Source: an uncultured delta proteobacterium (GTDB lineage Bacteria > Myxococcota_A > Polyangia > Polyangiales > Polyangiaceae). From it: DNA of 64,000 nt. Positions 48,765 to 58,293 of this stretch are shown here, piece after piece. The DNA lies in NCBI GenBank assembly GCA_963841435.1, contig CAWJCS010000005.1, forward strand, positions 1,504,001 to 1,568,000. Reading direction: 5' to 3'. Both the position numbers and the translations under genes were made by a program. Each line of letters opens with the position of its first letter. Position 1 is the first letter of the stretch. Below the pieces are notes generated by a model. It searched no databases, was not told the DNA's origin, and saw only the letters and a list, made by a program, of their open reading frames with translations.

Positions 48765-50798
48765 ATGCTGCGCGCGAGCCTTGGAAACGCCCGGCGCAAG
48801 CTCGCGGCGTTCTTGGTCGCCGTGGGCGTCGCGTCCTGCGGGGCTCGACCCTCCACTCCCGTCAGCGCTCCAGAGGACGCGCTCCCGAGCGAGCCCGCGG
48901 CCGTCGCCCCGATCATCGTGGCGCGGGGCGACGCCGAACAGGGCGTCGATCACGGCACGGCCAAGGTCCCAGTGACGGCAGCCGACCCCCAGCTCGGCGA
49001 CGCCCTCGCGCCCGTGACGATCGTCGAGTTCGGCGACTTCGAATGTCCCTTCACGGCTCGCGTCGCGCCGACCTTGCGCGCGATACGAGAGCTCTACGGC
49101 CCGAGCCAGGTGCGGATCGTCTGGAAGCACGAGCCGCTCGACTTTCACTTGCACGCGCGTGCGGCGCACGAAGCCGCCGCGGCGGTCTTCACGCTGGGAG
49201 GCAACGCGGCGTTCTGGAGCTTTGCCGAGCGCCTTCTCGCCCACCAAGACCAGCTGGATGCGGCGCATTTCGCCGTTTGGGCTGCACAAGCCGGGGTGGA
49301 TCCCACGCGTTTTGCGCAAGCGCTGGGGTCAGGTGCGGGACGGGCCGACGTGGACGACGACCTCGCGCTCGCGGGGCAGCTCGGCCCGCGTGGGACGCCG
49401 GCATTCCGCATCAACGGCGCCGTGCTGACCGGCGCCCAGCCGCTCGAAGCGTTCCGCGCCATCATCGACGAGCAGATCGCGGCTGCGCGGGAGCTCTCCG
49501 AAGCAGGCACGCCGCCGGAGGCCATCTACCCGACCCTTACGAACCGCGCCGTCGCCGTCGAGCCGGAAGCCGCCACGGCCCGCGCCGAGCCCGACGTGGA
49601 CGAGACCGTCTGGAAGATCCCCGTGACGGCCCAGGATCCCGCGCGGGGGCCAGCCGATGCGCTCGTGACGATCGTCGAGTGGAGCGACTTCGAGTGTCCG
49701 TTCTGCAAGCGTGTTCAAGACACGCTCGAGCGCGTCCGGAGCACGTATCCGGACGACGTGCGACTCGTCTGGAAGGACAATCCACTCCCGTTCCATCGAC
49801 ATGCCAAGCCGAGCGCCGTGCTCGGCCGCGTCGTCTTTCACGCCAAGGGCAACGACGCCTTCTGGCAGGTCCACGACGCGCTGTTCCTGAGCCAGCCGGC
49901 GCTGGAAGACGGCGACCTCGGGGACATCGCGCGCGCCGCCGGTGTCGCCTGGCCCCGCGTGAAGCGCGCCATCACACGGAGCGCGGAGCTCACCGAGGTC
50001 GAACACAGCATCGAGCTTGCCTCTGCGTTCGAGGCGCGCGGCACGCCGCATTTCTTCGTGAACGGACGGCGGCTCGCCGGAGCGCAGCCCTTCGAGGCTT
50101 TTCAGGAGATGATCGACAGCGAGCTCGGCAAAGCCCGAGCGCTCGTCGAACGCGGGACGCCGCGCGCCCGCGTCTACGCGACGATCCTCGAAACCGCGAA
50201 GGACCCGCCGGCTCCGGAGCGGAAGGAGCTGCCCCCGCTCGACCCGAGCGCGCCTTCGCGCGGCAAGCGGAGCGCCCCCGTGGTGATCGAGGAGTGGGCC
50301 GATTTCCAGTGCCCCTTCTGCTCGCGCGTCGAGCCGACGCTCGAGGCCATCCGTCGCGAGTTCGGGGGTCAGGTGCGGCTCGTCTGGCACCATCTGCCGC
50401 TTCCCTTCCATCAGGACGCAGCGCTCGCGGCCGAAGCCGCCGAGGAAGTCCGTGCTCAGAAGGGCGACGGCGCCTTCTGGCGCTATCACGATCTCTTGCT
50501 CGAAGCGCAGAAGGAGCCCGAGGGGCTCGCCCGCGAGCAGCTGGAGGTGCTCGCTCTGAAGGTCGGCGTGAGCGTCGAACGCTTCCGTGAGGCGCTCGAC
50601 GACCACCGGCACCGTGACCGCGTCGACGCCGACGCCGAGGTCGGAAAGACCGTGGGCATCAACGGAACACCGGCTTTCGTCATCAACGGCTACTATTTGA
50701 GTGGCGCGCAGCCCGAAAGCCGCTTTCGAGCGCTCGTGAAGCGAGCCCTCGCCGATCGAAAGCGACCGCATCAAGGCCCGCCAACCGGCGCGCCCTAG
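48765..50798 (+). CDS. Triple DsbA/thioredoxin-domain lipoprotein
   Basis: Lipobox VASC. Three domains DFECPFT, DFECPFC and DFQCPFC, each followed by GTP.F.(I/V)NG...GAQP. Confidence 0.92.
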   Translation: MLRASLGNARRKLAAFLVAVGVASCGARPSTPVSAPEDALPSEPAAVAPIIVARGDAEQGVDHGTAKVPVTAADPQLGDALAPVTIVEFGDFECPFTARVAPTLRAIRELYGPSQVRIVWKHEPLDFHLHARAAHEAAAAVFTLGGNAAFWSFAERLLAHQDQLDAAHFAVWAAQAGVDPTRFAQALGSGAGRADVDDDLALAGQLGPRGTPAFRINGAVLTGAQPLEAFRAIIDEQIAAARELSEAGTPPEAIYPTLTNRAVAVEPEAATARAEPDVDETVWKIPVTAQDPARGPADALVTIVEWSDFECPFCKRVQDTLERVRSTYPDDVRLVWKDNPLPFHRHAKPSAVLGRVVFHAKGNDAFWQVHDALFLSQPALEDGDLGDIARAAGVAWPRVKRAITRSAELTEVEHSIELASAFEARGTPHFFVNGRRLAGAQPFEAFQEMIDSELGKARALVERGTPRARVYATILETAKDPPAPERKELPPLDPSAPSRGKRSAPVVIEEWADFQCPFCSRVEPTLEAIRREFGGQVRLVWHHLPLPFHQDAALAAEAAEEVRAQKGDGAFWRYHDLLLEAQKEPEGLAREQLEVLALKVGVSVERFREALDDHRHRDRVDADAEVGKTVGINGTPAFVINGYYLSGAQPESRFRALVKRALADRKRPHQGPPTGAP

Positions 50799-50844
50799 GA
50801 GCGCATTTCCGGTACGCCGGAGGAGCGCTAAGGTCGCCCGGAGC

Positions 50845-51912
50845 ATGGCGCTCGACCCCTACCCTTGGGACGCCCTTCCTCGCGTGCCGAAGAGCGCCCT
50901 GCCCGGGCTCGGTCGAGCCCGCGCGAGCTGGATGGCGGCGTTCGATCCCGGCGGGCTCGCGGCCGCGCTCTCGAGCCTCCTCGAGACGCCGGTCGTGCTC
51001 AACGTCAACGGGTTCGACCTCGGCCCGCCCGAACGACGTTACCCGGAGGTGACGCTGCGGGCCGGCGCGGCGTGGGTCACCCTCGGGCTCGAGCCCGATC
51101 TGGTGCAAGCCATGCTGATGCGCGTGCTCGGGCGTCCGTTCGCGCTCGGCGTTTCATCGAGCACGCTTTCGCCCGCTGTCGCCGGCGCGCTCGCGGCACT
51201 CTCGGTCGAGGTCGCGCGGCGGGTCTCGGCGCTGCCCGTCGCGCTCGAATCCGCGCCAGCCGGCGAGACGGCACTCCGCGTGGGAGCGACACTGACGCTC
51301 GAGGGTCGCCCGTACGCCGGCTACGCTCTCGTCGGCGCGCCGCTCATTGCCCCCGAGGGACCCGCCCCGAACCTCGCGGACCTCGGGGATATCGCGTTGC
51401 CCGTCCCGCTCGTGGTCATGACGTCGCTCGTCACGCGGGCGGAGCTCGAGCTCTTGGTGCCCGGCGCGGCGTTCCTGCCGAGCGAAAGTTGGGTCGACGC
51501 GGGTGGCGTCGGGCGCGGGGTCTTGATCGGCGCCCGGAGCGAGCGCGGGGTCTGGGTGGAGCTGCCTGCCGACGGCAGGATCGTGCTAGGTGACGGGACG
51601 GCGGAGCTCCCTTTCGACGCGGGGAGCGACAAGGACATGACGGCGGACTCCGACGACGTGAACGAGACGCTCACCGAGGCCGCGCTCGAGGCCCCGGTGG
51701 TGGTGCGAGTCGAGCTCGGCGTCGTCAGCTTGTCCGCCCGAAAGTGGGCCGAGCTCCGCCCGGGCGACGTGCTCGAGACAGGGCAACCCCTCGGCGCTCC
51801 CGTGCTGCTACGCATCGCAGGGCGCGCGGTCGCCCGGGGAGAGCTCGTCGCCATCGACGGCGAGGTCGGCGTCCGCATCCGCGAGCTGTTCGGCCAGGCG
51901 AGCGAGCGGTGA
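50845..51912 (+). CDS. sctQ: FliM/FliN/SctQ (YscQ) family C-ring protein
   Basis: C-terminal SpoA domain PVVVRVELG...LRPGDVL...VARGELVAIDGEVGVRI, preceded by a degenerate SpoA-like segment. Confidence 0.8.
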   Translation: MALDPYPWDALPRVPKSALPGLGRARASWMAAFDPGGLAAALSSLLETPVVLNVNGFDLGPPERRYPEVTLRAGAAWVTLGLEPDLVQAMLMRVLGRPFALGVSSSTLSPAVAGALAALSVEVARRVSALPVALESAPAGETALRVGATLTLEGRPYAGYALVGAPLIAPEGPAPNLADLGDIALPVPLVVMTSLVTRAELELLVPGAAFLPSESWVDAGGVGRGVLIGARSERGVWVELPADGRIVLGDGTAELPFDAGSDKDMTADSDDVNETLTEAALEAPVVVRVELGVVSLSARKWAELRPGDVLETGQPLGAPVLLRIAGRAVARGELVAIDGEVGVRIRELFGQASER

Positions 51913-51943
51913 CCACCTCGGGGCGGCCGGGCGGGGCTTCGCG

Positions 51944-52679
51944 GTGAGCGCCGACGGCATCGCTGAACGCCTCGAACGTGTGCGCGAGCGCGTCGAACGC
52001 AGCGGCGGCGCGCGCCGGACGACCCGGCGGCGTGCTTTTGGTTGCGGTTTCCAAGGGGCAGCCGGCGGTCGCGCTGCGGGTGGCACACGCCGCAGGGCAG
52101 CGTCACTTCGGCGAGAACTACGTGCAGGAGCTCGTCGAGAAGGCGGGCGTCCTCGCCGATCTCGACGGCATTCGCTTCCATTTCATCGGTCACCTACAGC
52201 GCAACAAGGCGCGCCACGTCGTGCGCGTCGCTCAGGCCATGCACAGCGTCAACTCGATCGCGCTCGCAAAGGAGCTTGGACACCGCGCGGGAGGCACCGA
52301 CATCCCCGAAGCGCGCCGCGCCTTCGGAGGCGACGGGCGTTTGCCCGTGCTCGCCGAGGTGAGCATCGCGGGGGAAGCGCAAAAGAGCGGCGTTTCACCA
52401 GAGCGTCTCGGCGAGTTGCTCGAAGCCGTGGAGCGGCAGCCGGGCCTGCGCCTCACGGGTCTCATGGCAGTCCCACCGCTCGCCACCGAGCCGGACGCCG
52501 CGACACCCCATTTCGAAGCGCTTGCTCGGCTGCGCGAAGAGCACGGCGGAGCCGCGCGGCTGCCCGAGCTCAGCATGGGCATGACCGCCGACTTCGAGCA
52601 GGCCGTGGGAGCGGGTGCAACGGTGGTACGGATCGGAAGCGCGATCTTCGGACCGCGCCCCGGGCGCCGGGAGGCGTGA
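51944..52679 (+). CDS. yggS: PLP homeostasis protein YggS; +1 frameshift near 52001
   Basis: IAERLERVRERV is in one frame. LVAVSK, FGENYVQE, HFIGHLQRNK, GLMAVPP, LSMGM and VRIGSAIFG are in the next. Confidence 0.93.
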
Positions 52680-54049
52680 TGTCCCGCGCACGCGGACGCA
52701 AGCCGGGCGACGCGGGACCGACCTTGCTGGAGCGGGCGGCCGAGCGCGGGGCCTTCGGCGGTCCACAGGCTCCGCTCGCGGATCGCATGCGGCCGCGCAC
52801 GCTCGACGAGATCGTGGGCCAACGAGCGCTGCTCGCGCGCGGCAAGCCGCTACGCGAGGCGATCGAAGGCGATCGCATGCCGTCGTTCTTGCTCTGGGGG
52901 CCACCCGGCTCCGGCAAGACGACGCTCGCGAGCGTCATTGCCAAAACGACGCGCACGGAGTTCGTCCCCTTTTCGGCCGTTCTCGCGGGGATTCCGGAGC
53001 TGCGCGAAATCATTCGCGAGGCGCGCGAGCGCCGATCCTATCAGGGTCGCGGCACGACGCTTTTCGTCGACGAAATCCACCGCTTCAACAAGGGCCAGCA
53101 GGACGCCTTCCTGCCGCACCTCGAAAGCGGAACGATCGTGCTCGTTGGTGCGACGACCGAGAATCCGTCGTTCGCCGTCAATGCGGCGCTGCTCTCGCGC
53201 TGCCGCGTCTTTCGGCTCGAAGCGCTCGGCGAGGCCGATCTCGTCACCTTGCTCGAGCGCGCCATCGAGGATACCGAGCGCGGGCTCGGTGAGCAAAAGC
53301 TCGAGGCCGACGCGGAGGCGCTTTCTCTCGTGGCTCGGGCCGCGCGGGGCGACGGGCGGCGCGCGCTCGGTCTGCTCGAAGTGGCCGCTGATCTCGCCGG
53401 ACCGGGGGGCCGCGTCGACCTCGCGCTCGTCGAGCGAGCCGGTGAGCACCGCACGCTGCTCTACGACAAGGCCGGTGAGGAGCACTACAACGTCACGAGC
53501 GCGCTCATCAAATCGCTGAGGGGAAGCGATCCCGACGCCGCGCTTTACTGGCTTTTTCGCATGCTCGACGCAGGGGACGACCCGCTCTTTCTGCTGCGCC
53601 GTCTCATGATCTTCGCGAGCGAAGACGTCGGCAACGCGGATCCGCGCGCGTTGTCCGTCGCCGTCGACGCCGACGCTGCGTTTCGCCGCATGGGCATGCC
53701 CGAGGGCGCGTTTCCCCTCGCGCACGCCTGCCTCTACCTGGCGAGCTGCCCGAAATCGAACGCCGTGAAGAGCGCCATGTCGGCCGTGCGTGCCAGCATC
53801 GACGAGCGCGGCGCGCTCCCCGTGCCGAAGAAACTGCGCAACGCCGTCACGCGCCTGATGCGGGAAGAGGGTTACGCCGACGGCTACCGCTATCCGCCGG
53901 ATCACGCGGGCAGCTTCGTGCCCGGCGAGACTTACCTTCCCGACGAGCTCGTCGGCCGACGTTTCTACGATCCGACGGATCAAGGGCTCGAGAAAGCGAT
54001 CGGCGAGCGCCTCGGGCGCTTGCGGCACAAAAAGCCAGAAGAGAGCTAG
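52679..54049 (+). CDS. rarA: Replication-associated recombination protein A (MgsA)
   Basis: PLADRMRP, GPPGSGKT, FVDEIHRFNK, GATTENP, KSLRGSDPDAA and SEDVGNADP. ATG overlaps the yggS stop. Confidence 0.96.
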   Translation: MSRARGRKPGDAGPTLLERAAERGAFGGPQAPLADRMRPRTLDEIVGQRALLARGKPLREAIEGDRMPSFLLWGPPGSGKTTLASVIAKTTRTEFVPFSAVLAGIPELREIIREARERRSYQGRGTTLFVDEIHRFNKGQQDAFLPHLESGTIVLVGATTENPSFAVNAALLSRCRVFRLEALGEADLVTLLERAIEDTERGLGEQKLEADAEALSLVARAARGDGRRALGLLEVAADLAGPGGRVDLALVERAGEHRTLLYDKAGEEHYNVTSALIKSLRGSDPDAALYWLFRMLDAGDDPLFLLRRLMIFASEDVGNADPRALSVAVDADAAFRRMGMPEGAFPLAHACLYLASCPKSNAVKSAMSAVRASIDERGALPVPKKLRNAVTRLMREEGYADGYRYPPDHAGSFVPGETYLPDELVGRRFYDPTDQGLEKAIGERLGRLRHKKPEES

Positions 54050-54107
54050 CTCGCGCGGACCTGCCGCGCAGGATCACGCGCGGCCAGGCTCGGGGTAGAG
54101 TCGGGCC

Positions 54108-55445
54108 ATGCGCGCCCTCGCAGGGCTCCTCTTCGTGATCGTGGTGTCGGGCGGGTGCGGAGAGCGCCGCGAGGCGTCCGCTCCGCCGCCGAGAAGCCCA
54201 GCCGTCTGCGAGGACGAGAAGCGGGCGCTCCTTTTCGTCGTGGCGGCGCTCCCCGACCACGCGCTTTCCGTGGAACGGCTCGGCCCGCTTCCCGAGTCCA
54301 CGCTGGGAGCGGCCCCGCTCGCGGGACCGGTGCTCGTCGTGAGCGAGCGTGCGCTGTCGCTCGACGGGGAGACGGTCACGCCCGCGACGATCGGAGAGCG
54401 CCTCGGAACCCGCTCGGCGCCCAAGACGCTCTACGTCGCCGCGGAGCCGGCGACCACCATCGGACGCATTCGTGCCGCAGTCGCGTCGGTCCCGAAGGGT
54501 GTCGAGCTCTCGTTGCTCGTCCGTGCGCACGACGACCAGGCGAGCCATCCTGCGAACACCACGCCGGAGCGCGCGAAACCGCTCGTCGAGGGCGTGCTCG
54601 CCGAGCGCGACGAAGCGGCGCGGGACGAGCTCCTCAGGCGCGGTTACGAAGAGCTCGCGAGCTGCCAAGCGCTGTCCACGGCCGTCGCACGCGCCGATGC
54701 CGCGCCCGCGGACAAGCGTTGGGCCATCCGACGCAGCGCCGCCCTCGAGGCGCTACCCGGCTGCCCCTGCGACACCCTGCAGTCTCCGGAGCTTGGCGCC
54801 CTGTTCGCGGCCGAGCAACGCGCAGGAACTGCCACCCTCGCCGCGATTCCATTTTCGTTCGTTCGAGACCAGCGCTGCGGCGCGAGCATGCCGTTGCGTT
54901 CGGTCGCTCGACTGCTCGAGCAGATCGAGCGTTTCGATGCCGACTACGCCGGCACCTGGCAGGACGACGCCCTGCGCTTCGACGCCGTAGTGACGAACGA
55001 CCGGCTGCTCGTGCAGTTCTGCGACGCGCTGCCGGGCGAGACGCTGGCGGCGCTCGCACGTGCCAAGGCGACGCTCTACTTTCGCGCGTCCGGCAGCGAC
55101 GCTTGCCAAGGCTTTCACTTCGAGCCGCTCTCCCCCGGCGCCCCGATGGGCACCTGGCGGCGCACGGCCCACGCCGGTCCTCTGCTCGCGTTTCACTACT
55201 GGCAAGCAGCCGAGGAGATCAGCGTGTTCGGTCCGCTCGTCGCGGGAACGCCCAGCAAGCCCACCGACGAGCACGAATGGCCCTGCCGAACGACATTGCA
55301 CCTCGTCGGAATCGACGGTGACTCGATCGAGACCGACGCCGGGCGGCTGTTTTTCGAGGAACGCACCTGTCGAGCCGCGCCCCCGAGCGCGAGCGCGGCT
55401 CCCACCGCGTGCTTCGCGTCCCTCGGCACGGGTGACGCGCCATGA
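54108..55445 (+). CDS. Hypothetical Cys-rich lipoprotein with an ExbD-like segment
   Basis: Lipobox SGGC; LSLDGETV...LYVAAE...TI pattern; about 10 Cys. Confidence 0.65.
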   Translation: MRALAGLLFVIVVSGGCGERREASAPPPRSPAVCEDEKRALLFVVAALPDHALSVERLGPLPESTLGAAPLAGPVLVVSERALSLDGETVTPATIGERLGTRSAPKTLYVAAEPATTIGRIRAAVASVPKGVELSLLVRAHDDQASHPANTTPERAKPLVEGVLAERDEAARDELLRRGYEELASCQALSTAVARADAAPADKRWAIRRSAALEALPGCPCDTLQSPELGALFAAEQRAGTATLAAIPFSFVRDQRCGASMPLRSVARLLEQIERFDADYAGTWQDDALRFDAVVTNDRLLVQFCDALPGETLAALARAKATLYFRASGSDACQGFHFEPLSPGAPMGTWRRTAHAGPLLAFHYWQAAEEISVFGPLVAGTPSKPTDEHEWPCRTTLHLVGIDGDSIETDAGRLFFEERTCRAAPPSASAAPTACFASLGTGDAP

Positions 55446-55760
55446 GCCATCGCGCGGCGGCGAGGGCCCGAGGGTTCGCCCGGTCGCATTGATCACTCAC
55501 GGCAGAGCACCTCGTGGTTGGCGCACCTACCCGCGACGGGCGGGAGCCGCGCTCGGCAGCTGCCTGCTCGGCGTGGCGCGCTCGACACAATTCGGCGCGC
55601 AGCCCGAGCCGCTGAGCTTCGCGATTCCGATCGCCACGCGCGTCGTCCGGCGCTAACCGGGCCCGAGCGCTCTCTCTCGCCCGGACGCCGCAGCCCCTCC
55701 CGGCCGGCCGATGACGGCAACTCGAGGGCGAGCCCTGGCGACGCGCCGGGGCAGGCCGGG

Positions 55761-56267
55761 TCAGCGCGTCGTGAGCGGCCCCAAGAAGTCGAGCTTGCCG
55801 AGCTCGACGCCGTTGTGGCGCAAGATCGCGTAGGCCGTCGTGAGGTGAAAATAGAAGTTTGGTAGCTGCATCTCGAAGAGGTAGTCCCAGCCGGAGATGT
55901 GCTTGCCGTGGAGGGGCGGCGGCGCGATGAGCCGCGTCTCGGCGCCGGTGAAGTCCTCGGGCTTGAGGGTGTCGAGGTATTCGAGCACCGAGGTGATGCG
56001 TGCGCGAACCTCGTCGACCGTCCTCTCGCTGTCCGGGTGGCGGGGCGCTTCCTTGGCGGCGAGGCGCGCGCTCGTAAACTTCGCCGTGTCGCACGCGGCA
56101 CCGCACTGCTGGACGAGCGCGAACTGGTCGGGGGCGAGGCGCGCCGACATCAGGATCTCGGGATCGAATCGCTTCCGATCGGCGTGGGCGACGGCTAGAT
56201 CGATCCAACGCTCCAGGTTTCGGAGCTTTTTCCTGAATTCGGCTACAGACGCTCGGTAAAGATCCAT
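55761..56267 (-). CDS. DUF1993 (DinB-like fold) protein
   Basis: ARLAPDQF.L..Q...ACD and LPNFYFHLTTAYAILRHNGVELGKLDFLG. Start ATG 56267. Confidence 0.92.
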   Translation of the reverse strand: MDLYRASVAEFRKKLRNLERWIDLAVAHADRKRFDPEILMSARLAPDQFALVQQCGAACDTAKFTSARLAAKEAPRHPDSERTVDEVRARITSVLEYLDTLKPEDFTGAETRLIAPPPLHGKHISGWDYLFEMQLPNFYFHLTTAYAILRHNGVELGKLDFLGPLTTR

Positions 56268-56349
56268 GGATCGGGTCTGCCGTCGTCTGCTTACCGCCGA
56301 CGGCACACCACGGCCAGTGCCCAGCCGGGCAAGGGGGCTACACTCGGCC

Positions 56350-56541
56350 ATGGCCTTGTTCACGGGTGGTGCCATCGGCACCTTGATCCGCCTGCGCTGT
56401 CCGCGCTGCCGGACGGTTCAGGCCCGCGCCCGCAAGCCGGGGGGCAAGAAGGTGGTGTACCGATGCAGCACCTGCCATGCGCCGTTCTCGCGCGAGCAGG
56501 GCGAAGCCGCTGCACGCCCCAAAGCAGGGGGCCGGCGCTGA
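56350..56541 (+). CDS. Small zinc-ribbon protein (63 aa)
   Basis: CPRC-x18-CSTC, basic; lies just upstream of the antiporter. Confidence 0.6.
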   Translation: MALFTGGAIGTLIRLRCPRCRTVQARARKPGGKKVVYRCSTCHAPFSREQGEAAARPKAGGRR

Positions 56542-56557
56542 GGCGCCATGGGCAACC

Positions 56558-58258
56558 GTGCACTCGTTCGAGCTCGTCTCTCTGCTCGCCGGAGGTCTCG
56601 CCGCGGCGCTCCTGCTCGGGCTCGTGGCGCACCGGCTGCGCCTGCCTCCAATCGTCGGCTACCTGGTCGCCGGCGTGCTCGTCGGCCCGCACACGCCCGG
56701 CTTCGTCGCCAACGACGGCCTCGCACGCCAGCTCTCGGAGGTCGGCGTCATCCTGCTGCTCTTCGGCGTGGGCCTCGAATTCCACCCGGAGAAGCTCGTC
56801 GCCGTGGGCCGCGTGGCCGTGCCCGCCGCCATCGGTCAGCTCGTGCTCGTGACGGCCGCTGCAGCATTGACGCTGCGCGGGTTCGGCTTCGCCCCCACGG
56901 GCGCCGTCGTGATGGGGATTGCGCTCTCGGTGTCGAGCACGGTCGTCGTGACACGCATGCTGGCCGAACGCCGCGAGCTGCATACTTCGACGGGGCACCT
57001 CGCCGTCGGGTGGTTGCTGACGGAGGATCTGGTCACGGTGCTCGTGCTCGTGCTGCTCCCGGGTCTCGTGGGGGCGCATGCGGGGGCCCGGGACGTTCTC
57101 TGGCTAGCAGGTGTTTCGCTCCTCAAGCTCGGCGCTCTCATCGGCTTCACGCTGCTCGCCGGGGGCCGCTTGATCCCGTGGCTGCTCGCGCGCGTCGCTG
57201 CCACGCGCTCGCGTGAGCTCTTCACGCTCTCGGTCCTCGCGCTGGCGCTCGGCATCGGCGTCGCCGCCGCGGAGCTCTTCGGCGCCTCGATGGCACTCGG
57301 CGCCTTTCTCGCGGGTCTCGTCGTGGGGCGCTCCGAATTCGCGTTCCGCGCGGCCACCGAGGCGCTCCCCATGCGCGACGCATTCGCCGTGCTGTTCTTC
57401 GTGTCGGTGGGCATGCTCTTCGATCCGGCCTTCTTGCTCGAACGCCCCGGGCTGGTCCTCGCAGCGCTCGGGTTCGTGATCGTGGTAAAGCCCCTCGTCG
57501 CTGCGATCTGTCTGCGCGCGCTAGGCCGCCCCGCACGCTCGGCGCTGACCGTCGGCGTGGGCCGCGGACAGATCGGCGAATTTTCCTTCATCCTAGGCGG
57601 CCTCGGCAGCGAGCTCGGCGTGCTGCCCGCCGCCGCCGGCAACGCCCTCGTGGCCACGGCGATTCTCTCCATCACGCTCAATCCTCTGCTGTTCAAGCTC
57701 GCGCCACGCGCCGAAGCGCTGCTGCCGGGGCCGCCGGTAGGGACGGACGAGGCGTCCGTCGCGCGCCGCAGCGCCGAAAAGCGGCACCGAGCGGTCATCA
57801 TCGGCTACGGCCCCGTGGGGCGCGCCGTGTCGCGCCTACTCGCCGACAGCGGCATCGAACCGACGGTCGTCGAGCTCAACCTCGACACCGTGCGCGCGCT
57901 TCGCGAGCGGGGGCAGCCCGCCGTGTACGGCGACGCCAGTCGCCGCGAAACGCTCGAGGAAGCTGGCCTACACGGCGCGATCGCGCTCGTTTTGAGCGCT
58001 CCGCTCGAGGGCGGCGCCGAGGGCATCGTGCGCCAAGCGCGCGACATCAACCCCGCCGTCTACGTGATCGCGCGAGCCGGATTCCTCGCCGAAGTGCCCG
58101 GGCTCAAGCGCGCCGGCGCCGATGCCGCATGCTCGGGTGAAGGGGAAATCGCTCTCGCGATGACCGAGCTCGTGCTCACGCGCCTTGGCGCGACGCCCGA
58201 GCAGATCGATCGCGAGCGCGCGCGCGTCCACGGGGATCTCGGCGGAGCGACGAGCTGA
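56558..58258 (+). CDS. CPA2 cation:proton antiporter with TrkA-N (RCK) domain, YbaL/RosB-like
   Basis: PPIVGYL, SVSSTVV, LLTEDL, LGAFLAG, FFVSVGM, QIGEFSF and IIGYGPVG. Confidence 0.93.
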   Translation: MHSFELVSLLAGGLAAALLLGLVAHRLRLPPIVGYLVAGVLVGPHTPGFVANDGLARQLSEVGVILLLFGVGLEFHPEKLVAVGRVAVPAAIGQLVLVTAAAALTLRGFGFAPTGAVVMGIALSVSSTVVVTRMLAERRELHTSTGHLAVGWLLTEDLVTVLVLVLLPGLVGAHAGARDVLWLAGVSLLKLGALIGFTLLAGGRLIPWLLARVAATRSRELFTLSVLALALGIGVAAAELFGASMALGAFLAGLVVGRSEFAFRAATEALPMRDAFAVLFFVSVGMLFDPAFLLERPGLVLAALGFVIVVKPLVAAICLRALGRPARSALTVGVGRGQIGEFSFILGGLGSELGVLPAAAGNALVATAILSITLNPLLFKLAPRAEALLPGPPVGTDEASVARRSAEKRHRAVIIGYGPVGRAVSRLLADSGIEPTVVELNLDTVRALRERGQPAVYGDASRRETLEEAGLHGAIALVLSAPLEGGAEGIVRQARDINPAVYVIARAGFLAEVPGLKRAGADAACSGEGEIALAMTELVLTRLGATPEQIDRERARVHGDLGGATS

Positions 58259-58293
58259 GCCGACGGGCGCGAGGGAGGCGCCGCGGGAACGGG

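Noticed and set aside
51944-54049. 701-aa ORF suggesting an N-terminally extended RarA or a YggS-RarA fusion
   Set aside because: Artefact of the yggS frameshift. rarA has its own ATG at 52679.
55446-55760. 315-bp gap between convergent genes with a possible short ORF or remnant
   Set aside because: No convincing start, RBS or motif, so I cannot support a feature.
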